Shown here: piece after piece, positions 54,528-64,000 of the stretch
How positions within the stretch are numbered: position 1 is the first letter of the stretch
How the letters are laid out: every line of letters begins with the position of its first letter
DNA from: a virus
Lineage: Duplodnaviria; Caudoviricetes
IMG/VR virus record: IMGVR_UViG_3300005541_000010
Coordinates: 825 to 64,824 of that record
DNA length: 64,000 nucleotides
Strand: one strand, 5' to 3'
Notes under the pieces: generated by a model
Databases searched by the model: none
Told to the model about the DNA's origin: nothing
The model's input: only the letters and a program-made list of their open reading frames with translations
Program-made: the position numbers and the translations under genes

Positions 54528-57500
54528 TTGCCAGACCTGAGCCAAAGCCTCGCATACCTGCAAGCCCTCCAGAGTCTTGCGGGCAGCGTGCCGACGGCGC
54601 CGCCAGGGACTCAGAGTTCCGGTAGCTCTGCTGCCCGTCCATTCGCGCAACCGGGCGCGACGTATGGATTCAGCGGCAGTAACACCCCCGGTGGCAGTTC
54701 CTCTGGTGGTTCGGCGTACACGCCAGCCGGCACCGCCAGCAGTCCGCTTGCCCAGCTCCTGACCGGTGGCACCGCCAGCGCCGCGCTCGCACCACTCATC
54801 GCCGGTCTCGCGAGCAGTCAACCGCAAACACAACCGCAATCCTCCGCACCCAACACACAGATGTTGGGTGGTGGTTTGAACACTCTAGGCCAGTACGCGC
54901 CGACACTCTCGGGTCTCACCGGCGACGCCGGTAACGCGCTCGGCATCGTGGGCGGACTGGAGGCCGGCGGCGCGCGCGGCGATCTTGGTGCCGCGGCAAA
55001 CGCAGCCAAGCTCGCCGGCAACACCACCGGGACATCGAGCCTCACCGGCATCGGCAATGACCTCGGCTCCGCGCTCGGCCTGTACGGTGGCCTGCAAACC
55101 GGCGGCGTGGGCGGGTACGGCCAGGCGTTGGGCAGCGGCTTGAACCTGGCCGGCCAACTCGGTTCGCAGACTGGCGCGCTCTCCGGCGCCACCTCTGGCG
55201 CACTGAGTTCGGCCGGCGGTGAAATTGCTGCCCCGCTTGCCGTCTACAACGCCGTCAATAACTGGCAGTCCGGGAAGACCGGCTCGGACGCCCTGAACGG
55301 CGCTGAAGCCGGGGCTGCGGTCGGGTCGATCGTGCCGGTCATCGGCACCGGCATCGGCGCGCTCGCGGGTGGCGCGATTGGCGCGCTGTCCAGCGCACTG
55401 GGCCCTGGCGCAACCGATCCTGAGCAAGGCACGTGGGGGCAGTTCCTGAACGCCTACGACACGGGCGGTTCCAAGGCGACACAAGCCTACCTCGCAGCGC
55501 ACCCGGAACTACAGGGCGCCAACATATCGGCGTTCAAGAACGCGCACCTGGGTGGCGGCAACGGACCGAGCCCGTATGCGGCCCCTGGTGTCGCCGCCCA
55601 ACAGCAAGGCGAACAAACCGCCGCGACGCAAGGCGCACAGAACGCCGTGTCCGGTGGCAGCGGCGCCGGGGATTTCCAGGCGCTCGCGGGCCTGTTCGAC
55701 ATGCGCTCGAGCGACTTGCCCTTCTACCAGCAGTACGGCCGCATGGGTGAAGGCAAGTTCACCACCGACATGGCGAACCAGATCGACAGTGCGATCAAGG
55801 GCGGGAAGATTTCCGCCAACGCGACGCCGCAGCAAATTTATAGCCAGGTCGTCAACCCCTGGATCAGCGGCATGAACAACAGCGCTTCCAGCACCGGCAA
55901 GGGCTGGGCGGCGCAGGGCACCGGGGCCAGCGGCGGCGACATCGAAGGACAGATGCAGGCACCGGTGCAGCAACTCCTGACGAACCTCATCAGCAATTAC
56001 CAGCAGGGGCAGCCGTTCTACACGGTCGGCGGCTCGCAAGTACAGCTCCCCGCGTACGCGGCCAAAGGTGGATCAATGGACAGGAAGCGGCGCGACATGC
56101 GCGAAATCTACAAGGGCAGCTTCAAGGAGCGCCGCTTCGATAGCGGTGGCAGCGCGTACAACAACTACGCCGGCTACATCTCAAACAACGTCTCACCCGG
56201 CTCGTTGGACTACTTCTCGCCCGCGCTCGGTGGCAACACCACCGACCCTTACCAGCTCGCCAACGGCGCGAACTTGCCGACCAATCCGAATCTCGGTGTA
56301 CCCGGCACCGGACTGGGGGCCACAGGCGAAGGCACCGCGGGACTCACCCCGCAGCAACTGCAGGAGCTTGAGGGTGGGGCAACGGGGGCCGCCAATTCCG
56401 TCGGCCCTGGCGTCAATTCCGGCGCGCTGTCAGGACTACTCGGTAGCGGCGGACTAGGAAATGCCTGGAGTGGACTGAGCACCGGGCAACAGGTCGGCAC
56501 GCTGGGCGCGCTGCTGGCCGGTCTCGGCGCGATCCAGAACAACGGCCAGAACATGACGCAGCAGTACAAGCCCGCGCCGCCGCCGATGTTCGCCAACACC
56601 GGGCCGCGCGGCACCGCGCAAGGTGCTCCGGCTGGCGCGAATATGTACGGCAATTTCTCCACGCAGCCGCGCTCGCGCGTCAACCCCGGCATCACGAACT
56701 ACGCCACCTACGGCCAGGGGCCAGCGGCGATGTTTTACAGCCCGAGCCCCTCGCAGGCACCGGCCGCCGCCGGCGCGCTCAACCAGGCGTCCGCGATCCC
56801 GGCCGCCGCTCCCGCAGCACCACAAGGACAGTCGCTGCAGGCAGTCCTCGCGCAGCTCGCGCAGCAACCGGGCGTGGCGCGCGGAGTTGGGACGCAGAAC
56901 CCGAATGCCTACGCGATGGCGCGCGGCGGGGATGTTGGCCATTACTTTGTCGGCGGTTATGTAGGGCAGCCGCGCCCACCGATGATGGGTCAGCAACCGA
57001 TGGCACAACCCGGACGCATGCAGCAACCGCAAATGCCGTCGCGGCCAATACAACAGCCGTCGCCGATGGGGCCTCAGATGCCACTGCGGCAAGGGCTCCC
57101 GCCGCCGGTAGCCGCGAATCCGGGGGAGATGCCGGGAGGACAGTCAATGGCATCGCGACTCGGAGGCCCAGGTGTGCCAGGAGGAGCACCGCCGATGCCG
57201 CAACAGCCTCTGCGGCCATTTGACGGCAATCCTGTACGACCCATGTTGGCGCATGGCGGGGAGCTCGGCCGCGATCATCCAAGAGGCCACCGCGCGCAGG
57301 GACTGCTGGACGGACCAGGGGACGGCACATCGGACGACATTGTGCCGGCGGCCTTGAGTCAGGGCGAATACGTAATTCCCGCTCATGTTGTGGCTGCCCT
57401 CGGCAACGGCTCCAACAAGGCCGGCGCTGCGCGCCTCGATGAGCTGCAGAAGAACGTGCGTATGAAGACGGGTCAGGCGATGGCTCGCAACCAACATCCA

Positions 57501-57554
57501 ACGGGCAAGAACCGCGCGAAAAGCCCGGCCGCCTACATGCGGGGTGGCAAATGA
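54528..57554 (+). CDS. Ejection / internal virion protein
   Basis: 1008 aa G/A/Q-rich; several xxGG motifs; C-terminal GPGDGTSDDIVPAALSQGEYVIPA module. Confidence 0.7.
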   Translation: MPDLSQSLAYLQALQSLAGSVPTAPPGTQSSGSSAARPFAQPGATYGFSGSNTPGGSSSGGSAYTPAGTASSPLAQLLTGGTASAALAPLIAGLASSQPQTQPQSSAPNTQMLGGGLNTLGQYAPTLSGLTGDAGNALGIVGGLEAGGARGDLGAAANAAKLAGNTTGTSSLTGIGNDLGSALGLYGGLQTGGVGGYGQALGSGLNLAGQLGSQTGALSGATSGALSSAGGEIAAPLAVYNAVNNWQSGKTGSDALNGAEAGAAVGSIVPVIGTGIGALAGGAIGALSSALGPGATDPEQGTWGQFLNAYDTGGSKATQAYLAAHPELQGANISAFKNAHLGGGNGPSPYAAPGVAAQQQGEQTAATQGAQNAVSGGSGAGDFQALAGLFDMRSSDLPFYQQYGRMGEGKFTTDMANQIDSAIKGGKISANATPQQIYSQVVNPWISGMNNSASSTGKGWAAQGTGASGGDIEGQMQAPVQQLLTNLISNYQQGQPFYTVGGSQVQLPAYAAKGGSMDRKRRDMREIYKGSFKERRFDSGGSAYNNYAGYISNNVSPGSLDYFSPALGGNTTDPYQLANGANLPTNPNLGVPGTGLGATGEGTAGLTPQQLQELEGGATGAANSVGPGVNSGALSGLLGSGGLGNAWSGLSTGQQVGTLGALLAGLGAIQNNGQNMTQQYKPAPPPMFANTGPRGTAQGAPAGANMYGNFSTQPRSRVNPGITNYATYGQGPAAMFYSPSPSQAPAAAGALNQASAIPAAAPAAPQGQSLQAVLAQLAQQPGVARGVGTQNPNAYAMARGGDVGHYFVGGYVGQPRPPMMGQQPMAQPGRMQQPQMPSRPIQQPSPMGPQMPLRQGLPPPVAANPGEMPGGQSMASRLGGPGVPGGAPPMPQQPLRPFDGNPVRPMLAHGGELGRDHPRGHRAQGLLDGPGDGTSDDIVPAALSQGEYVIPAHVVAALGNGSNKAGAARLDELQKNVRMKTGQAMARNQHPTGKNRAKSPAAYMRGGK

Positions 57555-58684
57555 GCCTCACATCCTTCCTCAGCTCGGACCCGATGCAGTACACGTCGGC
57601 CACGTCGCAGTCGAGCACGCAACTGCCGGCGTGGTACGGGGACTATACGCAAGGCATCCTGCAAAACGCCGCGCAGTGGGCGAACCAGGGCTATCAGCAG
57701 TACGGCGGCCCGCGCGTAGCGCCACTGTCGGCGGACCAGCAGTCGTCCTACGGCACTGTCGCTGGTGCGCAAGGGTTGGGCCAAGGCATCGCACAGCAAG
57801 GCGTCGGCGCGATCAACAACGCGCTGCAGCAACCGAATGCCTCGCAGGCCGCGCAGCCGTACCTCAATTCCGCGTCCGCGCCCATCTCCTCGCAGATGGG
57901 CCAGTTCATGAATCCCTATAGCCAGCAGGTGGCGCAGACGGGCATGAACCTGATGAACACGCAGTTCAATCAGCAGGTGCTCCCAGGACTACAGAACCAG
58001 TTCACGCAGGCCGGTCAAGTCTATGGTGGCACGAATCAGGGCGTCGCGGCCGCGCAGCTCGGCGCGCAGTTGGGCGGTCAGGAAGCCGCGGCGACCGCGA
58101 ACACGCTCTCGAGCGGCTTCAACACCGCGCTCGGCGGTGCCGAGCAGCAGCAGGGACTCATGGCCGGACTCGGCAGTACGGCTGGGGGACTCGCGAACGC
58201 GGCGCAGAATACCGGTATCGGCGCGGGCTACGGACTCGGGTCGGTGGGCACGATGGCGCAGAACAACGCGCTCAATCAGGCGTCGATGCAAAACCAGATG
58301 GGCCAGCAGCAGCAGGCGCAGACCCAGCAGAACTACAACACCGCCTACCAGGACTTTCTGAACCAGACCAATTACCCGCTCACCGCCTCGCAGGGGATGC
58401 AGGGCGCGCTACAGGGCATCCAGGTCCCGCAGGGGCAGTCGAACTATCAATACTCGCCCTACGGCTTTGGCATGAGTCCGCTGGCGCAGGCCGGGTCCAC
58501 GTACGGTGCGCTGAATTCGATGTTCGGCAACGGCGGCTCGCTCTCCGGTCAGCCGAGCGGCGGTACGGTGAATAACTACTACACCGCCGCGCCGGCTGCG
58601 AAGGGCGGCCAAGTGCGCGCGCAACTGCACCTGCGGCGCAACTTCCCGTCCGCGTACCAGCAGTACAAGGCAGGTCACGCATGA
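57551..58684 (+). CDS. DNA pilot / ejection protein
   Basis: LPAWY..Y.Q, YQQYGGPRVAPLS.DQ, FMNPY, Q-rich, AYQDFLNQ.NYP. Confidence 0.75.
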   Translation: MSLTSFLSSDPMQYTSATSQSSTQLPAWYGDYTQGILQNAAQWANQGYQQYGGPRVAPLSADQQSSYGTVAGAQGLGQGIAQQGVGAINNALQQPNASQAAQPYLNSASAPISSQMGQFMNPYSQQVAQTGMNLMNTQFNQQVLPGLQNQFTQAGQVYGGTNQGVAAAQLGAQLGGQEAAATANTLSSGFNTALGGAEQQQGLMAGLGSTAGGLANAAQNTGIGAGYGLGSVGTMAQNNALNQASMQNQMGQQQQAQTQQNYNTAYQDFLNQTNYPLTASQGMQGALQGIQVPQGQSNYQYSPYGFGMSPLAQAGSTYGALNSMFGNGGSLSGQPSGGTVNNYYTAAPAAKGGQVRAQLHLRRNFPSAYQQYKAGHA

Positions 58685-60330
58685 GCTTGCCACCGGAAGT
58701 GATTCAGCAGTTACTGACGCAGAGTCAGAGCGGCCAGGTGCCCAACCTGGGCGGGGCGCCGATGTCGATACTGCCGCCGCGTCCACAGATGGCGTTCTCA
58801 CAGATACCCCCGGCGGTCGCCGGCAAGCAGATCATCCCAGGGGCCGCGCCACCGACGCCACAAGCGCCGCCATCGCCACTCGGCGGCACGCCACGACCAC
58901 CAGTGCCGTTCTCGCAGAACAACTCCGCGCTCGCGCCCGCGCCGCAGCAGGTCGAGCAGGGGTTACTGGAAACCGCCGCCACGCGCGCCGCGGCGATGCA
59001 TGAGGGGGAGGCATCCGCCTACGAGCGGGCCAGTGAAGGCGCGTCCACCTACAAGGACTTCCTGAACAGCATCGCGCAGCGGCTGACGCAAACCCCGGTC
59101 GGCCCGTCGGACGCCGAACGCTACGGCCGTCTCGCGCAGGCGATGGGCGGCCCGAATCCGACCGGCACCTTCGGCGGTCGTATGGCCAACGTCGGCGGTG
59201 CCTCTGCGGATGTGCTCGCGCAGCAGCGCGAGCAAGACCTGCAGAAGCAAATGCTGATCGCGAAGTATCAAGGCGAAGGCGCGCAGATGGGCATGCAGAT
59301 TCCCATGTTGCAGGCGCAGCGCTTCACGGGCATGGCGAACGCCGCTGACACGCGCGCTGCGCAACTCGCCGCGCGCCTGGGTACGCAGGGCATCCAGCAG
59401 CAGATGGCGGACATGCGCAGCGCGAACGCGCCCGTGATCAACGTCAACGGCGTGCCGCAGACGAACCAGGCGGCGGTGGATGCGCAAAGCCAACTCGCCG
59501 CAGCGAAAGCGGCGTCAGCGCAAAAGGCCAAGATGGACCTATATAAGGGTCTGTTCTCGCCCGAAGCACTCGACCTGGTGGCCGAGCAGGCATACCGCAC
59601 GGGGAAGCCGCCGCAGATCCCCTACGGGATCACGCGCAACGATCCGACCGCTTATGCACGGGCGATGGATATGGTAGCCGCCAAGGCCGCGGCCGACGGT
59701 AATTCAGCCGCCCAGGCGGTGGCGAATCAGCAGACGTACCACGCGGCGGGCGTCGCCATGACCGCGCTCACCAAGCAGGCGACGATCACCACCGCGTACG
59801 AGAAGTCCGCCGAAAAGGCGTTCGACACTGCGCTGCGGGAAAGCGACAACGTGGCCAGGCTCGGCAGCCCCTTCCTCAACCAAGGCATCATCGCGTTCAA
59901 GCGCGGTATCAAGGGCGACACCAACACCGGCCGTATGGTGGATGCGATCACCGCCGCGCAGACCGAGTACGCGCGCGTGTTGTCGGGCGCAATGGGGTCC
60001 GCCGCCATCACGGACAGTGCGCGCGACCAGGCGAAGGACCTGTTCTCGAAGATCGACAGCGCGGACATGCTGCGCGGCATCCTCGGGCAAGGTGGCACGG
60101 GCCGGGAAATCATGCACAACCGCACGAGTTCGTTCAATGACCAGCAGCAGGTGTTGCAGGACCTGATGACACGCCACGGCCCCGGACAAGGACAGATCGC
60201 CGGCAACGTGCCTGGCAGCACCGCGAAGACGGTCACGAAAGCGCAGGTGCAGGACTACGCGACCAAACACAACCTGCCGTACGCCGCCGCGCTCACGCAC
60301 GCAACGACCAACGGTTACACGGTGCAGTAG
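58681..60330 (+). CDS. Ejection protein
   Basis: 549 aa helical Q/A-rich protein in the ejection block. Confidence 0.65.
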   Translation: MSLPPEVIQQLLTQSQSGQVPNLGGAPMSILPPRPQMAFSQIPPAVAGKQIIPGAAPPTPQAPPSPLGGTPRPPVPFSQNNSALAPAPQQVEQGLLETAATRAAAMHEGEASAYERASEGASTYKDFLNSIAQRLTQTPVGPSDAERYGRLAQAMGGPNPTGTFGGRMANVGGASADVLAQQREQDLQKQMLIAKYQGEGAQMGMQIPMLQAQRFTGMANAADTRAAQLAARLGTQGIQQQMADMRSANAPVINVNGVPQTNQAAVDAQSQLAAAKAASAQKAKMDLYKGLFSPEALDLVAEQAYRTGKPPQIPYGITRNDPTAYARAMDMVAAKAAADGNSAAQAVANQQTYHAAGVAMTALTKQATITTAYEKSAEKAFDTALRESDNVARLGSPFLNQGIIAFKRGIKGDTNTGRMVDAITAAQTEYARVLSGAMGSAAITDSARDQAKDLFSKIDSADMLRGILGQGGTGREIMHNRTSSFNDQQQVLQDLMTRHGPGQGQIAGNVPGSTAKTVTKAQVQDYATKHNLPYAAALTHATTNGYTVQ

Positions 60331-63300
60331 GTGGACAACCCGCTCGACAGCCTGGCCCCGCCGTCGGCATCGGGGAATCCGTTGGATTCTCTGCCGCCGC
60401 CGCAGGCGCCGACTACCTGGGGACACTACGCGGGACTCGCCGGCCGCGCGGTCGCCGAAACGCCGATGAACATGATCTACGGTCTGCACGACCTCGGCAC
60501 CATGGCGATCGGTAATCCGCTCTCGCACCTCGCCAATAAGCACCTGGGCACGCACATCCCCGACGAGCCGCTGAAGACGCAACAGTGGTCCCAGGCGCTC
60601 ACCGACCTCGGCGTCCCCACGCCGCAAACGACGCCCGAACGCTACGGACTCGGCATCAGCGAAGGCATGATGGGCGGTCCCTTGGGAACCGCTGGCAAGG
60701 TCAATATGCTCAAGGCCGCCCTGTCTGGTGGCACGGGTGCAGCGTCCATGATGGGCGCAGCCGACATCGGCGCGCCGGAGCCAGTGCAAGCACTTGCGGG
60801 ACTTGCGGGCGCGGCTGCGGTACCGGCCGTAGCTGGCGTGGGGCGCGCGATCGCCCGGACGATGCCCGGCGTGAAGCAGCCGGTCGCGCCGCGCGTCACA
60901 CCACCACCAGACATGCCGCCCGAGAATGCCGTGCCGGTCTCGCTGGGCCTGAAGCTCGCGCCGGAGAAGGCCGGCGGCACGCTCGGCAAGATTGCACAAT
61001 CGGCCACCAATTCCGCGATTACCGAACGCATCCTGTCGCTGCAGAACGCGCCCACCGTGAACGCGCGCGTGGGCGAGGACCTGGGTCTGCCGACAGCCAC
61101 TCCACAGGCGCTCGCACAAGCCAAAGGGGCCGCGACGGTCGCCCACCGCCAGGTGGCGCACCTCGGCATTATTCCTACCGATGATGTGTACCGCGGGGCA
61201 ATCGGGGCCGTGGACGAGGGGGAAGGCACGCTCGGTGGACCGGCATTAGGCACGATCAAGACGCTCAAGGATTTCTATGCGAGCCGCCCGGCCTTCGACG
61301 CCGCGGACGCGCAACTGAAGATTCGCGCGATGCGGCGTATGGGCTTCGCGCAACTGCGCAACTGGCAGGACCCGGAAGGTCAGCAGGTCGGCAGCGCGCG
61401 CTTGCAAATCGCGGGCGCGCTCGAGGACCAGATAGACCGCAACATTGCCACGCGCCCGGATGTGCCGCCGGATCTGATCGACCAATTCCGCGCCGAGCGC
61501 GTGCAACTGGCGAAGATCAATTCCGCTCAGGCGGCACTGCGCGGGCCAAATATCTCCGTCGCCGATCTTGCCCGGCAGTTGAAGGCCAAGGTGCCGTTGA
61601 GCGACAACATGCGCGCGCTCGCGGAAAGCTACGCCACCCACGATCGCGTACTGCAGGACCCTGGCCGGGTACGCTACGCGGGGCCCATCACCTACGGCGA
61701 CATCGGGCTTGGCGCTCTTGGCCACTTCTTTAACCCGCTGGGTATGGCGGCACTCGCCGCGCGGCCACTGGTGCGCGCCGGGATCACGTCTGACCTGTAC
61801 CAGAAGTACGGCATCCAGGGTGGTGGCGGAACGCCGGCCGCGCCTTCCGCCGCGGTCCTGGCGGCGAAGTATCCGGCCCAAGCGCCGATCCAGCCGCAGG
61901 CCGGCGTACCGTTACAACCACTCGGCCAGGGGCCGCTGCAGCAGCTCGCCGCGAAGTACGCGCAGCCGCCGGAGCCACCCGAACCGCCGCCACCAGCCGC
62001 CAAACCGCCCCCGGACTACAGCCCATTGACCACGAAGTTCCGACAGGAACTTGAGAACGACTATGCGGGGGCGAAGGCGCGTTACGCCGCGCTCAATGAT
62101 CCGAAGATCGCAGACACCAAGGGCGGCCGCGTGCTCAACACCGATATGGCGCGCGAACTGTCGCCGGAGTACGCCGCTGACCGCACGCTCTCGCCAGACG
62201 TGCATGAGCCAGCGTCCGAGTTCATCAAGAAGATGTACGCCGAGCGCTTGGCGATGCCTGTGGCCCCAGGATACGACAACGTGGTACTGGGCACGGCCGG
62301 CGGAACGGGGGCCGGCAAGACGACGGCGATTGATTCGATCCCGGCGCTGAAAACAATTTCTGATCGGGCGCACACCATCTACGACACCAACATGGGCACG
62401 CTCAAGAGCGCGCACGCGAAGATCGAACAAGCGCTCGCAGCCGGCAAGCAGTTCCACGTCGCCTTGGTAGACCGCGATCCGGTCGAAGCACTGACCGAAG
62501 GTGCGCTCCCGCGGGCGATGCGGATGGGGCGCACCGTGCCGCTGCAGGACCACGCAGACACGCATGCCGGTGCGCGTGAAACCGTGCAGGCGTTGCAGCA
62601 GATTTACGCGAACAATCCGCGCGTCAAGTTTTCCATAATCAACAACCGCTTAGGCAAGGGAAACGCGCAGCTCACCAGCATGGATTCCCTGGCCGGAACC
62701 CGCTACAATGTACCCGTCAAGGAGTTGCGAGATGCCACCGATCAAGCGTTCCGAAATCGAGAAATTACGCCTGCAGTCTATCAAGGCACAACTGGCGAGG
62801 CCGCCCCTACCTCCTGGGGAACAGGAGCGGGCGGACAAGTTTCACCGGGAGATCGGCCAGAGCCTGGTGGACAACCTGAACCGCAACGTCAAGGCGGAAC
62901 AGACCAACCCGTAGTCACTGCCGCCGGGCGGCAGCTGAACACCCGTTACGAGCTCGTTGAGGCCCCCAGCCTCATCACGTCCGACCACCCCCAGTACCCC
63001 CAGGCGCTACAGCCGCGGCAGCGTACCCGGCTAGCCTCCCGCGCCCAGGTCGAGGGGATCGCCCGCGACCTCAATCCAGAGCTCTTAGGACGCTCTGCAA
63101 CGGCCGATACCGGGGCCCCGATCGTCGGCCCGGACAACGCCGTCGAGAGTGGCAACGGGCGCGTGATGGGCTTGCGGCGTGCTTATGAAGCATTCCCAGA
63201 CCGCGCACAAGCCTACAAGGACTTCCTGGGCACCCAGGGCTTCGATCCGGCCGGGATGACGCACCCGGTCCTCATTCGCCGCCGGCTGACGGACATGACC

Positions 63301-64000
63301 CCGGACGACCGGGCGGCGTTCACCAAGGAAGCGAACACCCCGGCGGTCATGCAGATGTCCGCGGCCGAACAGGCGCTCAGCGATGCCCCAAAGCTCGATG
63401 CCGCCACGCTGCAGCACCTGCACCCCGGAGAGCTCACCAGCACGCAGAACGCGAAGTTCGTCAGCAGCTTCTTCGGCAAGCTCGCGCCGACCGAAAAGAA
63501 CGCCTTCGTGGACCCCGACGGGCAGTTGTCCCAGGGCGGCATCCGGCGCCTGCAGGGGGCGATCCTGGCGAGGGGCTATGGGGGCACCCCGGAAGCGGCC
63601 GCAGTGCTCACGCGCGCCCTTGAATCCGGTGACAACGATGTACGCTCGATCACGGGCGCGTTGACGGATGCAGCGCCCGCCTTCGCGCAACTGCGCCAGG
63701 GGATCGAATCCGGGCACATCCCGCCGAGCCTGGACGTGGGCGACAAGCTCGCGCTGGCGGTTGAAAAGACCGCTCAGGTTCGTGCATCCGGGCGTTCGGT
63801 GGATGAGTACCTGAAACAGCAGGATGCGTTTACCCCGCTGGCCCCCGTGGTGGAAGGGTTCATGCGCGCGTTCTACAACCAGGGACTCACCCGTGCCGCG
63901 GGGCGCGAGGCGATCGCGAAGACCCTGGGGCTGTACGCCGAGCGTGCGCAGGCGCAGCGCCTCGACCAGGGCGACGTGTTCGGCAACAAGCCGGCGACCG
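60331..64000 (+). CDS. Giant polyvalent internal protein (3' partial): zeta-toxin-like kinase plus DdrB/ParB-like domain
   Basis: Frame 1 read by hand with no stop found; missing from the ORF track. GTAGGTGAGKTT P-loop at 62290-62325 with VHEPAS and GRTVP; later YELVEA...LQPRQR...LNPELL...GAPIVGPDNAVESGNGR. Confidence 0.85.
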   Translation, partial: MDNPLDSLAPPSASGNPLDSLPPPQAPTTWGHYAGLAGRAVAETPMNMIYGLHDLGTMAIGNPLSHLANKHLGTHIPDEPLKTQQWSQALTDLGVPTPQTTPERYGLGISEGMMGGPLGTAGKVNMLKAALSGGTGAASMMGAADIGAPEPVQALAGLAGAAAVPAVAGVGRAIARTMPGVKQPVAPRVTPPPDMPPENAVPVSLGLKLAPEKAGGTLGKIAQSATNSAITERILSLQNAPTVNARVGEDLGLPTATPQALAQAKGAATVAHRQVAHLGIIPTDDVYRGAIGAVDEGEGTLGGPALGTIKTLKDFYASRPAFDAADAQLKIRAMRRMGFAQLRNWQDPEGQQVGSARLQIAGALEDQIDRNIATRPDVPPDLIDQFRAERVQLAKINSAQAALRGPNISVADLARQLKAKVPLSDNMRALAESYATHDRVLQDPGRVRYAGPITYGDIGLGALGHFFNPLGMAALAARPLVRAGITSDLYQKYGIQGGGGTPAAPSAAVLAAKYPAQAPIQPQAGVPLQPLGQGPLQQLAAKYAQPPEPPEPPPPAAKPPPDYSPLTTKFRQELENDYAGAKARYAALNDPKIADTKGGRVLNTDMARELSPEYAADRTLSPDVHEPASEFIKKMYAERLAMPVAPGYDNVVLGTAGGTGAGKTTAIDSIPALKTISDRAHTIYDTNMGTLKSAHAKIEQALAAGKQFHVALVDRDPVEALTEGALPRAMRMGRTVPLQDHADTHAGARETVQALQQIYANNPRVKFSIINNRLGKGNAQLTSMDSLAGTRYNVPVKELRDATDQAFRNREITPAVYQGTTGEAAPTSWGTGAGGQVSPGDRPEPGGQPEPQRQGGTDQPVVTAAGRQLNTRYELVEAPSLITSDHPQYPQALQPRQRTRLASRAQVEGIARDLNPELLGRSATADTGAPIVGPDNAVESGNGRVMGLRRAYEAFPDRAQAYKDFLGTQGFDPAGMTHPVLIRRRLTDMTPDDRAAFTKEANTPAVMQMSAAEQALSDAPKLDAATLQHLHPGELTSTQNAKFVSSFFGKLAPTEKNAFVDPDGQLSQGGIRRLQGAILARGYGGTPEAAAVLTRALESGDNDVRSITGALTDAAPAFAQLRQGIESGHIPPSLDVGDKLALAVEKTAQVRASGRSVDEYLKQQDAFTPLAPVVEGFMRAFYNQGLTRAAGREAIAKTLGLYAERAQAQRLDQGDVFGNKPAT
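62732..62914 (+). CDS. 60-aa ORF overprinted in the +1 frame of the giant gene
   Basis: AAGGAG SD 7 nt before the ATG; helical charged product MPPIKRSEIEKLRLQSIKAQL...; frame-1 codon bias collapses over this stretch. Confidence 0.65.
   Translation: MPPIKRSEIEKLRLQSIKAQLARPPLPPGEQERADKFHREIGQSLVDNLNRNVKAEQTNP

Noticed and set aside
1-64000. Many long antisense or alternate-frame ORFs in the track (e.g. 33930-35558, 59704-61161, 28946-29899 on the minus strand)
   Set aside because: They are shadows of high-GC3 genes on the opposite strand, have Arg/Ala/Gly-biased composition, and lack SDs and motifs.
1-64000. Integrase, att site, DNA polymerase, transposase
   Set aside because: No recognisable motifs in the window, so lifestyle cannot be assigned from this sequence alone.

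Overview
The window is about 64 kb of a high-GC dsDNA tailed phage with a Gram-negative host (nested spanin pair, PagL-like gene). It looks circularly permuted and almost complete. Order on the + strand: C-terminal end of a giant protein with a RadC-like JAB domain; lysis cassette; a dense array of 36 tRNA genes covering all 20 amino acids (4700-8164); a leftward early/recombination arm (DUF1364, DUF1367, YqaJ exonuclease, ERF, HNHs, DGQHR/ParB-like protein); a divergent promoter switch; HTH and replication initiator; accessory genes; TerS/TerL; P22-like portal; GroES-like protein; scaffold; capsid; fibre and connector genes; ejection proteins; and a giant polyvalent protein (zeta-toxin-like kinase plus DdrB/ParB-like domain) that runs off the right edge. 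No integrase, DNA polymerase or CRISPR array was seen. The strongest leads are: (1) a small gene with its own SD overprinted inside the giant protein just after the zeta-toxin domain (candidate nested antitoxin); (2) complementary, structured flanks that enclose the whole tRNA array; (3) a set of compact tRNAs lacking the acceptor-D connector, plus 8/4 tRNA-Ser genes; (4) a ubiquitin-like xx(K/R)GG motif repeated in several virion-associated proteins; (5) a 42-nt double-hairpin element present twice with a compensatory base pair. All calls come from manual reading and motif recognition; no searches or folding programs were run.
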